A stretch of DNA of 62,159 nucleotides, filler included. It is 5 parts of 5 records of this genome, joined end to end, with 100 filler letters (N's around TTAATTAATTAA, not from the genome) between each part and the next. Parts side by side here need not be neighbours in the genome. Positions count along the whole stretch, not along the records: positions 1 to 10,721 come from SRR31156797_3640; positions 10,822 to 24,429 come from SRR31156797_3664; 3 more parts are not named here. The stretch is one strand, 5' to 3'. The number at the start of each line of letters is the position of its first letter. Position 1 is the first letter of the stretch. This document shows positions 10,171 through 19,634 of this stretch, piece after piece. Both the position numbers and the translations under genes were made by a program. A model generated the notes under the pieces. It saw only the letters and a list, made by a program, of their open reading frames with translations. It was not told the origin of the DNA and made no database searches.

Positions 10171-10707
10171 ATGAGTAATTATATATTTGAATCAGCCAGA
10201 CTGGGATTTAGGAAATGGCAAGAAGAGGATAAAGAGAAGTTTGCAAAGATGAATGCCAGTAAAGAAGTAATGAAATATTTTCCGAAGTGTTTAACACGAA
10301 GTGAATCAGACGCCTTTATTGAAAGAATTAATACGCATTTTGAAAATTATGGATATAGTCTGTGGGCGGTAGAGGTAAAAGCAACAAAAGAGTTTATCGG
10401 TCATCTTGGATTTTATACAGCTAATTTTGATGCAGAATTTACACCCTGTGTTGAGATAGGATGGAGGCTGGATAATAGATATTGGAATAAAGGTTATGCA
10501 ACAGAGGGAGCAAAGAGGTGTCTTGAGTATGCTTTTAATGATTTGGGTTTAAGTGTGATATACTCATTCACAGCGGAACTAAATAAACCATCTGAAAATG
10601 TAATGAAAAAAATAGGGATGAAGCATATCAGTAATTTTAGTCATCCTAATCTCAAGGATGATGATCCCTTAAAACCACATGTACTGTATAGAATATATAA
10701 ATTTTAG
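10171..10707 (+). CDS. GNAT N-acetyltransferase, RimJ/RimL-like
   Basis: EIGWRL..YWNKGYATEGA..N.PSENVMKKIGM. Confidence 0.9.
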   Translation: MSNYIFESARLGFRKWQEEDKEKFAKMNASKEVMKYFPKCLTRSESDAFIERINTHFENYGYSLWAVEVKATKEFIGHLGFYTANFDAEFTPCVEIGWRLDNRYWNKGYATEGAKRCLEYAFNDLGLSVIYSFTAELNKPSENVMKKIGMKHISNFSHPNLKDDDPLKPHVLYRIYKF

Positions 10708-10721
10708 TTTCTTTTTGATAC

Positions 10722-10821
10722 NNNNNNNNNNNNNNNNNNNNNNNNNNNNNNNNNNNNNNNNNNNNTTAATTAATTAANNNNNNNNNNNNNNNNNNNNNNN
10801 NNNNNNNNNNNNNNNNNNNNN
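10722..10821. other. artificial contig spacer
   Basis: 44 N + TTAATTAATTAA (stops in all six frames) + 44 N. Confidence 0.99.
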
Positions 10822-10842
10822 ACCAAGCTGCTCCACCCCGCG
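10822..10842 (-). tRNA. 5' fragment of initiator tRNA-Met (truncated by contig end)
   Basis: reverse complement CGCGGGGTGGAGCAGCTTGGT is the characteristic tRNA-fMet 5' acceptor strand plus D-arm start; anticodon not visible. Confidence 0.8.
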
Positions 10843-10930
10843 TCACTGTGAAAAGGGTTCTACAGACGGGGCCGCTTCCTGTCAACAGCTATTTACAAAT
10901 TATTTAAATTTTCTTATCTCATCTCTCGAT

Positions 10931-11662
10931 ATGACAAACCAACATGAACTCTCTCTCGTAATCCCTGTTTACAACGAACAGGACAATTTACGAAAACTAA
11001 TGCAGGAAATTGATTCGGCCCTTGAACCGACCAATATCCCATATGAAGTTATATTTGTAGATGACGGCAGCAAGGACAACAGCCTTGCCGTTCTCAAAGA
11101 TATTTCCTCTAACTACCATAAGGCACGCTACATTTCCTTTGCGGAAAACCGGGGACAGTCCGCGGCTTTCTGTGCAGGATTCGATGAAGCCCGAGCACCG
11201 CGTGTTGCCACCATGGACGCTGACCTGCAGAACGACCCTGCAGACCTTCCGGCTATGTACGATCTATACAATGAAGGGCACACCATGACCATCGGCTGGC
11301 GTCAAAAGCGCAAGGATGTCTGGATCAAAAGGATCGGTTCCAAGATCGCCAACGCCATCCGCAACAGACTGACCAACGAGACTGTGCAGGATACCGGATG
11401 CTCTCTTAAAATAATGGATACCACCATGGTTCGTAATATCCCCCGCTTCAACGGCATGCACCGTTTCCTGCCCACACTTATGAAAATGCAGGGTGCTTCC
11501 GTTGCAGAAATGAAAGTCAACCACCGCCCCCGCTTCGAAGGTGAATCAAAATACGGAACCCTCGACCGAGCCATTGCCGGAGGCTATGACCTGCTGGGCG
11601 TGCGCTGGCTGCTGGGTCGTCATTTCTCATACAGTGTAAAAGAACGCAGCGACGACAAATAA
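10931..11662 (+). CDS. glycosyltransferase family 2 (polyprenol-phosphate glycosyltransferase, DPM1/ArnC-like)
   Basis: SLVIPVYNE, VDDGSKD, NRGQS, MDADLQNDP, DTGC, HRFLP, HRPRFEGESKY. Confidence 0.92.
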   Translation: MTNQHELSLVIPVYNEQDNLRKLMQEIDSALEPTNIPYEVIFVDDGSKDNSLAVLKDISSNYHKARYISFAENRGQSAAFCAGFDEARAPRVATMDADLQNDPADLPAMYDLYNEGHTMTIGWRQKRKDVWIKRIGSKIANAIRNRLTNETVQDTGCSLKIMDTTMVRNIPRFNGMHRFLPTLMKMQGASVAEMKVNHRPRFEGESKYGTLDRAIAGGYDLLGVRWLLGRHFSYSVKERSDDK

Positions 11663-12352
11663 ATGAGTGCAGTAAGCAGCGAATCAAAAGTAAGCATGAA
11701 GGCCCTGATCAAGGGGCTTGCGATGCTCAGCGTACTGGGACTTTCAGTTTATCTGATCCGCTATGCCGGACTTGCCGATGCCCTTGATACCCACTGGATG
11801 GACGAACATGTGCGTTCTCGTGGCCTTACCGGAGTACTCACCTATGTGGGACTGGCGGCATTCTTTTCGGCTGTCGGCTTTCCCAGACAGGTGATCTGCT
11901 TTATGGGTGGATACGCATACGGCTTTGCCCTTGGAACCCTGCTTGGAACCATCGGTACCGGGCTTGGGTGTGCCGGGGCATTCATCTATTCCCGACTGGT
12001 GGGACGCTCATTCATCAAACGGAAGTTCGGTTCCCGCATCCAGAAAGTCGACGATTTCCTTAGCCGCAGCCCCTTTAACATGGCCCTGACCATCCGCTTT
12101 TTCCCGTTGGGCAGTAACGTGGTCACCAACGTTCTGGCAGGCGTAACCAGCATTCCTGCCTTACCTTTCATACTCGGTTCAACTGTAGGCTACATTCCCC
12201 AAAACATGGTCTTTGCCCTCTTTGGCAGCGGCGTGGAAGTCTCCTCCACCCTCCGCATGATCATGGCTGTTGTACTCTTCGTCATCTCCACCCTGCTGGG
12301 GTTTAAAATCTACCGCAAATATCGCAATCAGGCTGAAGCGGTTGTAGAGTAA
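11663..12352 (+). CDS. TVP38/TMEM64 (DedA/VTT) membrane protein
   Basis: hydrophobic; FP..GGYAYG..GT; IRFFP; N..AG; starts immediately after the GT2 stop. Confidence 0.85.
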   Translation: MSAVSSESKVSMKALIKGLAMLSVLGLSVYLIRYAGLADALDTHWMDEHVRSRGLTGVLTYVGLAAFFSAVGFPRQVICFMGGYAYGFALGTLLGTIGTGLGCAGAFIYSRLVGRSFIKRKFGSRIQKVDDFLSRSPFNMALTIRFFPLGSNVVTNVLAGVTSIPALPFILGSTVGYIPQNMVFALFGSGVEVSSTLRMIMAVVLFVISTLLGFKIYRKYRNQAEAVVE

Positions 12353-12375
12353 TTTCTCTCCTACAAAGTGAGAAC

Positions 12376-12411
12376 TGAAAAAGCCGGATGCAAAAGCATC
12401 CGGCTTTTTCA
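12376..12411 (+). terminator. intrinsic terminator
   Basis: tgaaaaagccggatgc-aaaa-gcatccggctttttca perfect stem. Confidence 0.85.
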
Positions 12412-12422
12412 ACACTTCTTTG

Positions 12423-12451
12423 TTGACATCGAAAATCGTTTTCAATATCAA
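12423..12451 (+). promoter_or_regulatory. sigma70 promoter overlapped by Fur-like boxes
   Basis: TTGACA-17 nt-TATCAA; GACATCGAAAATCGTTTTC and GAAAATCGTTTTCAATATC each match the GATAATGATAATCATTATC consensus at 13/19. Confidence 0.7.
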
Positions 12452-12505
12452 GAGATCAACTTCTTTTCTGAAACAAGCAAAAACAACAAACCCGAGACAG
12501 ACTAT

Positions 12506-13489
12506 ATGACCCCGAAATTAATTGCTAATTCCCTACATACATTAATTAAAACCAAACAACCTACCTTTCTATGGGGCCCTCCCGGAGTCGGAAAAAGTCA
12601 GGTTGTGGCTCAAGTAGCTAAAGAAATTAACCTTGAACTCACTGACCTGCGTGCAGTTTTACTTGATCCCGTGGACCTGCGCGGTTTGCCCCGCATCTCC
12701 GATGAAGGAGATGCAAGCTGGTGCCCGCCCTCCTTTCTGCCTAAGGACGGCAAAGGTGTCCTTTTTCTTGATGAGCTAAATGCTGCCCCGCCTCTGGTAC
12801 AAGCTGCTTGCTACCAGTTGGTTCTTGACCGCAAACTAGGCGAATACACTCTTCCCGAAGGCTGGACTGTAGTCGCAGCCGGAAACAGGGAATCAGACAA
12901 GGCCGTGACCCACCGCATGCCCTCTGCACTTGCCAACCGTTTCGTACACCTTAATTTTGAAGTAAGCACGTCGGACTGGCTGAATTGGGCAGAAGAAAAC
13001 AACATAGCCGAAGAACTGCTGGCTTTTATCAAATTCAGGCCCGGCCTACTTCATAACTTCGATCCCGCCCGCAATGAAAAAGCATTCCCTTCCCCTCGTT
13101 CATGGGAATTCGTATCCGGGATTATCAAGTCCGCACCCTGCCCGGAAATTGAATATGAACTTTTCAAAGGTACAGTTGGAGAAGGTGCTGCCGCAGAATT
13201 CTACGGATTCTGCAAAATCTACCGCAAACTTCCCGATCCCGAATTTGTGCTCAAATCCCCGGACAAGGTTGCCATCCCCGAAGACCCGGCTACAACTTAC
13301 GCTCTTTGCGAATCCGTAGCATCCAAAGCCGCCCCGGAACATGCGGATTCAATCATGCTCTTTGCATCAAGACTGCCTGCGGAATTCGCCGTACTGCTGG
13401 TACGCAATGCAGTCAAAAAGGATCGCTCCATTGTGGAATCAGAAGGCTTCAACCGCTGGGCCACAGCCAACTCGGATATTCTGTTTTAG
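12506..13489 (+). CDS. MoxR-like/AAA_5 AAA+ ATPase
   Basis: Walker A GPPGVGKS, Walker B LFLDE, sensor I AAGN, Arg finger ALANRF, SPRSW; start placed at ATG 12506 downstream of the promoter. Confidence 0.9.
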   Translation: MTPKLIANSLHTLIKTKQPTFLWGPPGVGKSQVVAQVAKEINLELTDLRAVLLDPVDLRGLPRISDEGDASWCPPSFLPKDGKGVLFLDELNAAPPLVQAACYQLVLDRKLGEYTLPEGWTVVAAGNRESDKAVTHRMPSALANRFVHLNFEVSTSDWLNWAEENNIAEELLAFIKFRPGLLHNFDPARNEKAFPSPRSWEFVSGIIKSAPCPEIEYELFKGTVGEGAAAEFYGFCKIYRKLPDPEFVLKSPDKVAIPEDPATTYALCESVASKAAPEHADSIMLFASRLPAEFAVLLVRNAVKKDRSIVESEGFNRWATANSDILF

Positions 13490-13498
13490 GAATCGACA

Positions 13499-14812
13499 AT
13501 GAACGCTGACCGTAAACTGCTCAAAGCCCGTGCCGACCTGCTTTTGCAACACCCTTTCTTCGGTTCCCTCTGCCTGCGTATGGAGCCGCAGGAGGACCGC
13601 ACCTGTAACGGAACATGGACCGACGGCAAGACTTTCGCCTACAACCCGCACTTTGTGGATAAGCTCTCCCACGAGGAATTACAGGGAGTGCTGGCCCATA
13701 CCATCATGCACCCGGCCTGCCAGCATCACAAAAGACGCGGTAACCGCGATGAACGACTCTGGAACATGGCCTGTGACTACTCTATCAATTGGATTCTGCT
13801 GGAAGCAGGTTTCCAGCTCCCTGATGGTTTTCTGGATGATGAAAAATACCATGGCAAAAACGCCGAGGAAATTTTCACTGTCCTGACCAAGGAGTTCGAC
13901 CAGTCCGGCAACCCTGAAATAGGCAAGAAACAGGACGGCCCCAAACGCATTGATGTGGAGTACGAGGACGGCGACGGTGAAGGCAAAGACCTTGAATCCG
14001 GTGATGAAGACGAACGCTCACAAAGCGGTGATGACGGGGAATCCTCCGCTGAAGGTATGGACTCCGGTGAAATAGATGATTCCGAAGGCGAGACCGATCA
14101 GGATCAATCCGCAGATCCCGGCGGGACCGGGGAAGTGCGAGATGCTGACGATGCGGAATCAGGTGACGGTGATTCCGGCGAGGAAACAGACAAGGACTGG
14201 CTGTTGGTCTTAGCGCAGGCAACCAACCAGGCCCGCGATTGCGGAGACCTGCCCGGTGGACTTGAACGGCTGGTGGAGAAACTGCTTTACCCGAAACTGG
14301 ATTGGCGGGAACTGCTGGAGCGTTTCATCAGCGCACGGGCACGCAACGACTATGCATGGACCCCGCCCAGCCGCCGCCATTTGCACATGGGCCTGTACCT
14401 GCCCTCGCTCTCAACAGAACAGTTGCCCGAAGTAGTACTGGCTGTCGATACATCCGGGAGTATCGCCCCACAGGAGTTGGAACAGTTTGCAGCAGAGCTG
14501 TCCTCAATCTTAGAAGCCTATGACACCACAATCCGTGTACTCTGGTGCGACCTTGAAATCACCGGGGAACAAACCTTCACTCGCGCGGACCTGCCCCTTG
14601 AATTGCAGCCGCAGGGAGGCGGAGGAACAGACTTCCGGCCTGTGTTTAGCTTTATTGAACGGAAAAACATTAATCCGGCTTGTCTCGTATATTTAAGCGA
14701 TATGGAATGCGGGCAATTTCCTAAACGTGAACCGGATTACCCGGTGCTCTGGGCCAGAACAGGCGGCGCGGGATATCTCCCGCCTTTCGGTGAAATGATC
14801 GACGTTTGTTAA
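13499..14812 (+). CDS. DUF2201-type protein: metallopeptidase-like N-domain, acidic linker, VWA domain
   Basis: PFFG..TDG..YNP..HTIMH..WNMACDYSIN; D/E/G-rich linker; DWRELL; MIDAS DTSGS, GGGGTDF, YLSD. Confidence 0.85.
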   Translation: MNADRKLLKARADLLLQHPFFGSLCLRMEPQEDRTCNGTWTDGKTFAYNPHFVDKLSHEELQGVLAHTIMHPACQHHKRRGNRDERLWNMACDYSINWILLEAGFQLPDGFLDDEKYHGKNAEEIFTVLTKEFDQSGNPEIGKKQDGPKRIDVEYEDGDGEGKDLESGDEDERSQSGDDGESSAEGMDSGEIDDSEGETDQDQSADPGGTGEVRDADDAESGDGDSGEETDKDWLLVLAQATNQARDCGDLPGGLERLVEKLLYPKLDWRELLERFISARARNDYAWTPPSRRHLHMGLYLPSLSTEQLPEVVLAVDTSGSIAPQELEQFAAELSSILEAYDTTIRVLWCDLEITGEQTFTRADLPLELQPQGGGGTDFRPVFSFIERKNINPACLVYLSDMECGQFPKREPDYPVLWARTGGAGYLPPFGEMIDVC

Positions 14813-14829
14813 GAAAAAGGAGGTAAAAA

Positions 14830-15288
14830 ATGATTATTGAATGGAACATTACAAAAAAACGCGGCAACTTCCGCCCGATACTGACCTACGCCATAAAGCT
14901 AGAAGATTTTGAAAAAGAATTGGGACTACCACAAGTGGTACTGGAATCAACCATTCCCGAACCGCCAAAATCATGGTCTGCAAGCTGCCTGCCCGGTAAA
15001 TACGAACGGGGCGGCTGTGACTGTACCACCTACCGTCTCTATACCCCGGACCACAAAACTGGAGAAACAAGCGGCAAATGGATGCTCCCCTGGCGGGAAA
15101 ATTCCGATTACCCTGAAGTCAAGGAATCCTTCCTTAAACTCAGACAGGACTTTGAAACAGTGCTCACGGAAGCATACGACAGCCAACCAGTAGACATTAA
15201 AGGCAGGCTCGAACTTTCCGAAAACACCCGCCGCCATATTGCCAGCGGCCTTGTCTCGCAACGCTTTCTAAAGGCAGCTGGATTTTAA
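14830..15288 (+). CDS. hypothetical protein, third gene of the AAA+/VWA operon
   Basis: 152 aa ORF with strong RBS aggaggt, 17 nt after the previous stop. Confidence 0.8.
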   Translation: MIIEWNITKKRGNFRPILTYAIKLEDFEKELGLPQVVLESTIPEPPKSWSASCLPGKYERGGCDCTTYRLYTPDHKTGETSGKWMLPWRENSDYPEVKESFLKLRQDFETVLTEAYDSQPVDIKGRLELSENTRRHIASGLVSQRFLKAAGF

Positions 15289-15330
15289 TATTTCCATTAA
15301 ACTCATGCAGGTCCCTCCATCTGCATAATG

Positions 15331-15363
15331 AGGCGTGGCTGATGATAGGTCACGCCTTTTTTT
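15331..15363 (+). terminator. intrinsic terminator of the AAA+/VWA operon
   Basis: aggcgtggc / gtcacgcct followed by T run. Confidence 0.8.
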
Positions 15364-15443
15364 ATCACCGATTCCACTTAACAAACAAACGTAGTAAAGG
15401 TATGAAAACCACCTAGATCATTCAAGGGAGTCCAATCCGAACC

Positions 15444-16001
15444 ATGCCTTTTTACGAAATTTTCATTATCTCTGTGGCCCTTGCCATGGATGCCTTCACC
15501 ATTGCCGTTGCTTGCGGGCTATGTATGCCGGAAGTCAGCAAACGACAAAACTTCAGACTATCTTTCCATTTCGGCTTGTTTCAGGCCCTGATGCCGCTTC
15601 TAGGGTGGCTGGCTGGACTAACCGTTAAAAGCATGGTCGAAACCTATGCCCCGTGGATTTCCTTTTTCCTGCTGGCATTTGTAGGCGGCAAGATGATTCA
15701 GGAGTCCTTTGAAACAGACGATTCCTGCGAAACATACAAGGACCCCACCAAAGGACTTTCCCTGATATTCCTCTCTGTCGCCACCAGTCTGGATGCTTTG
15801 GCCGTGGGACTCTCCTTTTCCATTATGGACTACCCCATTGCATTTCCCTGCGTCATGATCGGGATTACCGCGCTGGTGCTGACTTCATTCGGTCTCTGGC
15901 TTGGTAAATCATTTGCCAAGGCTTCCAGCTACAGTCATATTGCCGAAAGAGTTGGCGGAGGAGTACTCATTTTAATCGGGCTGAAACTGCTTCTGCAGTA
16001 A
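15444..16001 (+). CDS. mntP: manganese efflux pump MntP family
   Basis: ALAMDAF, FGLFQALMP, ATSLDALAVG, ERVGG..LIGLK. Confidence 0.9.
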   Translation: MPFYEIFIISVALAMDAFTIAVACGLCMPEVSKRQNFRLSFHFGLFQALMPLLGWLAGLTVKSMVETYAPWISFFLLAFVGGKMIQESFETDDSCETYKDPTKGLSLIFLSVATSLDALAVGLSFSIMDYPIAFPCVMIGITALVLTSFGLWLGKSFAKASSYSHIAERVGGGVLILIGLKLLLQ

Positions 16002-16147
16002 CCCCTTGACTCTCTTGGAAAGGATATTAATTACTTTGCACATAACCCTTTTGACAGCAGGCCTTCAAGCGTATATCCTCTGCTGAATTGTAACCAACAA
16101 TCAATCGGCTTCAATTGAGCAAGCCAAAGGATGGATATTTTTACCAA

Positions 16148-17110
16148 ATGCCTTTATTGCAACCCCCTCCCTATAAACCCAATTTCCCTCTCCAATCGGG
16201 TCATCTCCAAACAATATTTCCCCGCCTCTTCCGGAAAGTAAGCCTCCCGCCTGTAGTAAAAAGAAGAATCGAAACTCCTGATGGCGACTTTCTTGATATA
16301 GACTGGCACCTTGCAAGCAGTTCACGTCTTGCTGTCATTGCTCACGGCCTTGAGGGCAACTCCCGCAGACCTTACGTGCTCGGCATGGCCCGTGCCCTTG
16401 TTCTAGCCGGATGGGATTGCATTACCTACAATTTTCGCGGCTGCAGCAAAGACCCAAATAAAAAGCCCGGAATGTACCATAGTGGTGACACCCGGGATCT
16501 GCACACCGTACTTGAATACGGCCTTGACCATGGTATTTATGACGATGCCGCCCTCGTGGGCTTTAGCATGGGTGGTAATCACGTACTGAAATATCTAGGT
16601 GAAAATCCTGATAAAGTTCCGGGTAAAGTAAAAAGGGCCATTGGTATTTCAGTGCCTTGTGATCTGGAAGCCTCTGCTATGAAACTCTGTGAAAAATCCA
16701 ATTTCATATACAGCAGTTATTTTTTGCGATCATTAAAGCAGAAAGTAAAAATAAAAAACAAACAATTCCCGGATATCTATCCTCTCGACAAACTCTCCTC
16801 CATTAAAAATATCGTCGATTTCGACAATGTCTATACCGCCCCCATCAATGGCTTCGCAGATGCATCCGACTATTACCGCCAATCATCCTGCAAACAATTC
16901 TTAAATGACATTAAAGTACCTTCCCTTATTCTGAGCGCAGAAGATGATCCTTTCCTGACCCAAGAATGCTATCCTGTTGAATATGCAGAAAAAAGCCAGC
17001 ATTTATACCTGCAAATCCCCAAATACGGAGGTCACGTCGGTTTTGCCGACCTGCCCATGGAAAAACAGCTCTGGTCTGAAGACAGAACTGTAAGATTCCT
17101 GAACACATAA
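16148..17110 (+). CDS. YheT-family alpha/beta hydrolase
   Basis: GHLQTI, TPDGDF, HGLEG, NFRGCS, YHSG, GFSMGG, FDN.YTAP..GF, DDPF, GGHVGF; start may be TTG 16115. Confidence 0.88.
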   Translation: MPLLQPPPYKPNFPLQSGHLQTIFPRLFRKVSLPPVVKRRIETPDGDFLDIDWHLASSSRLAVIAHGLEGNSRRPYVLGMARALVLAGWDCITYNFRGCSKDPNKKPGMYHSGDTRDLHTVLEYGLDHGIYDDAALVGFSMGGNHVLKYLGENPDKVPGKVKRAIGISVPCDLEASAMKLCEKSNFIYSSYFLRSLKQKVKIKNKQFPDIYPLDKLSSIKNIVDFDNVYTAPINGFADASDYYRQSSCKQFLNDIKVPSLILSAEDDPFLTQECYPVEYAEKSQHLYLQIPKYGGHVGFADLPMEKQLWSEDRTVRFLNT

Positions 17111-17111
17111 T

Positions 17112-17146
17112 AAAAAATCCCGGAGCTTTTGCCCCGGGATTTTTTT
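17112..17146. terminator. bidirectional terminator
   Basis: aaaaaatcccgg / ccgggattttttt between convergent genes. Confidence 0.8.
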
Positions 17147-17501
17147 ATTTTTCATCTGCATAATCAAGCAGGGGAATAAGTTTCTTGCGTAATCGCATAA
17201 AGTAGCAACTCAAATACAAGGGGGAGGTGCTGACTGCGGCAGTCTCTATATTCCCCGCGATCTTGCTCAATTCTTCAAGACCTAGATTAATAAGACTTCC
17301 TTTTAAAGTATGGGCACTGGAAACAACTACATCAAACTGCCCTTCATCGATTCCCTCATCAAGAGCGTCCATGATTCCCTTCAGATGGATTGATGTCTCT
17401 TTCAAAAAATCAACCTGTTTTTCTGAGGGCAGACCTACTTTTTCAAGCAGGTGCTTCTCAACGATCTCGATCAGTTCTGAATCCATGAAACCCTCCAGCA
17501 T
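17145..17501 (-). CDS. Hpt domain phosphotransfer protein
   Basis: AHTLKGSLINLG..LS..A..IE motif. Confidence 0.85.
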   Translation of the reverse strand: MLEGFMDSELIEIVEKHLLEKVGLPSEKQVDFLKETSIHLKGIMDALDEGIDEGQFDVVVSSAHTLKGSLINLGLEELSKIAGNIETAAVSTSPLYLSCYFMRLRKKLIPLLDYADEK

Positions 17502-17543
17502 AGCTTTTCATAGGGACAGAAAAATCTGTCCCTACATTTATCA

Positions 17544-19355
17544 CTACTCTTCACTACGCAATTCTTCAACCAGATTAAGAAGTTCTTGAACTTCGGTGGA
17601 AAGTGAACGGGTTCCTTCCGCAGCCAGCTGGCTGTTATGGGCATTTTCCTCAGTCATGGTATCAATTTCACCGACACTGCGGTTGATCTCGTCCGAAGTA
17701 GCAGACTGCTCTTCAGCAGCAGTTGCAATAGAACGAACCTGATCAGCCGAGTTCTTTGCAAGCTCAACTATTTCATCCAGCATATCACCGGAGGAACGTG
17801 AAAGGTCGGTTGCATTTGCCACTGCATCAACGGTGGAATCCATACCCTTTACATTTTCACGGGTAAGAGTCTGGATGCCATTGATACTGTTTTCAACCTC
17901 TTCGGTTGCACCGATAGTCTTTTCAGCAAGCTTACGAACTTCATCTGCAACGACAGCGAATCCTCTACCAGCATCACCGGCACGGGCAGCCTCAATAGCT
18001 GCATTTAATGCCAGCAAATTAGTCTGGTCAGCAATATCATTAATTACACCTAGCACATTACCAATTCCCACAGCCTGAGTATCCAGATGCTCCATGGATT
18101 CCTTAAGCTTTGCAGTACGTTCCTGAATATTACCCATAGCCGAGATTACTTCCTGCACTACCCGTGCTCCGTCACTAGCCTTTTCCATGGACATAGCAGA
18201 GCTTTCATTAGTTTCAGTGGCATTCTTTGCAACTTCAAGAACAGTCGCATTCATCTCTTCCATAGCAGTAGCAGTTTCAGTCACACGCTGCTTCTGGAAC
18301 TCGCTTCCGCGCTGGATTTCTTCAGCATTACTGGAAACCTCTGCGGTAATGCTTGATACACGCTCAACAACAGTCTGCAACTTATCTGCTGCCGCAAGCA
18401 TACCTTCCTTCTTGGCTCCCTCAGCCCTGATCTGGGCCTCGCGAGCTTCGGCAGCTGCTTCTTCGGCAATACGTGCCTGTTCTTGAGATTCGGCTTCCTT
18501 AGCCTTGATACTTTCAAGGTTGGCAGACAAAGTCTCTACCATGGTATTCAAAGCAGTCTGCAAAGTGGATATTTCATTGCGTCCTTCAGGGTTAAGGGAA
18601 ACATCAAGATTTCCCTCAGCAACTGAAGTAGCGGCCTCGGTGGAAGCAGTCAGCGGATTTACAATTGAACGGATCAGATAAATGGAAAGCGGCAAAACCA
18701 TCAACAACAAAACAGCTCCAGCACCAAAAACAATCTTCATGGTAAAAGAATTGGCACTTTCATGCATCAAAGTATCCATCTTACCGGTTTCTACTTCGAT
18801 ATTATCGATGTAGACTCCGGTACCGATCCACATATCAGTGCCGGGAATCATCATAGCGTAACTGATCTTGGGTTGTACCCCGGCTCCGGGCTTATCAAAA
18901 AAGTACTTAACAAAGCCGCCGCCAGCATGGGCAACCTTGTTGATTTCCTGGATCACGAGCAATCCATTCTTATCCTTGAGCCCAGCCAGATCCTTACCTT
19001 GCAAGGACTTCTTGGGCGGCATGACCATATTTACAGTTCCCTTATAGACAAAGAAATAACCTGAATTATCATCCTCAAAACGTACCGGATCAAGGGCCGC
19101 ACGGATGAATTCAAGTCTTTCATGTTCATCGGTTATACCCTTTATTTCCACACCAATGGAGCGGGCCATGGCAAGAGTTGCCACCTTGATCTTATCCTTT
19201 TGGTCTTGAAACATTATTTCTTCAGTATTGCTCACACCGAGATTGGTAACATCCCGAATGACTCCCATGAAAAATAGTCCCGTTACAATCAGGAAAAGCA
19301 CCATCAAAGCCAGTAGCAAGAAAAACCTTGCACCTATCGATAGATTCTTCAACAT
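17544..19355 (-). CDS. methyl-accepting chemotaxis protein, single Cache sensor + HAMP
   Basis: 2 TM helices, [49 protein letters not shown]. Confidence 0.95.
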   Translation of the reverse strand: MLKNLSIGARFFLLLALMVLFLIVTGLFFMGVIRDVTNLGVSNTEEIMFQDQKDKIKVATLAMARSIGVEIKGITDEHERLEFIRAALDPVRFEDDNSGYFFVYKGTVNMVMPPKKSLQGKDLAGLKDKNGLLVIQEINKVAHAGGGFVKYFFDKPGAGVQPKISYAMMIPGTDMWIGTGVYIDNIEVETGKMDTLMHESANSFTMKIVFGAGAVLLLMVLPLSIYLIRSIVNPLTASTEAATSVAEGNLDVSLNPEGRNEISTLQTALNTMVETLSANLESIKAKEAESQEQARIAEEAAAEAREAQIRAEGAKKEGMLAAADKLQTVVERVSSITAEVSSNAEEIQRGSEFQKQRVTETATAMEEMNATVLEVAKNATETNESSAMSMEKASDGARVVQEVISAMGNIQERTAKLKESMEHLDTQAVGIGNVLGVINDIADQTNLLALNAAIEAARAGDAGRGFAVVADEVRKLAEKTIGATEEVENSINGIQTLTRENVKGMDSTVDAVANATDLSRSSGDMLDEIVELAKNSADQVRSIATAAEEQSATSDEINRSVGEIDTMTEENAHNSQLAAEGTRSLSTEVQELLNLVEELRSEE

Positions 19356-19580
19356 AGGCCCTCCCCCCTTTTTATAGTTTTAGGAATACTGCCCTCACAC
19401 CTTGTCAGGACAAAATCCAAGTCTTATTAAAAATATACACCTTTGGTGGAGAAATTCAAAGATTTTCAGAACAATTTTGCGATTAATATTTCTTCGAAAA
19501 CATACACTACTGTATTTTTATCTCCACTCAAAGCATCTTCTTTTATAAATATAAGCATTACTATCCGAAACACCAGTAAC

Positions 19581-19615
19581 AAAAAAGGCCGAAGACTTCT
19601 CGTCTTCGGCCTTTT
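19581..19615 (-). terminator. intrinsic terminator
   Basis: aaaaggccgaagac / gtcttcggcctttt. Confidence 0.8.
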
Positions 19616-19634
19616 AAAGCGTATATAGCTATAT

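Noticed and set aside
10766-10777. TTAATTAATTAA repeated four times in the window
   Set aside because: Synthetic six-frame-stop linker within N runs, not a biological repeat.
12368-12505. N-terminal extension of the AAA+ ORF
   Set aside because: It overlaps a terminator and the promoter/Fur-like box; ATG 12506 is the more plausible start.
14269-14276. E. coli Chi octamer GCTGGTGG
   Set aside because: A chance occurrence in coding sequence, on a different contig from recBCD.
15364-15443. Possible yybP-ykoY manganese riboswitch upstream of mntP
   Set aside because: Only aagggagt resembles the consensus and it can be explained as the RBS; no supporting four-way junction seen in 80 nt.
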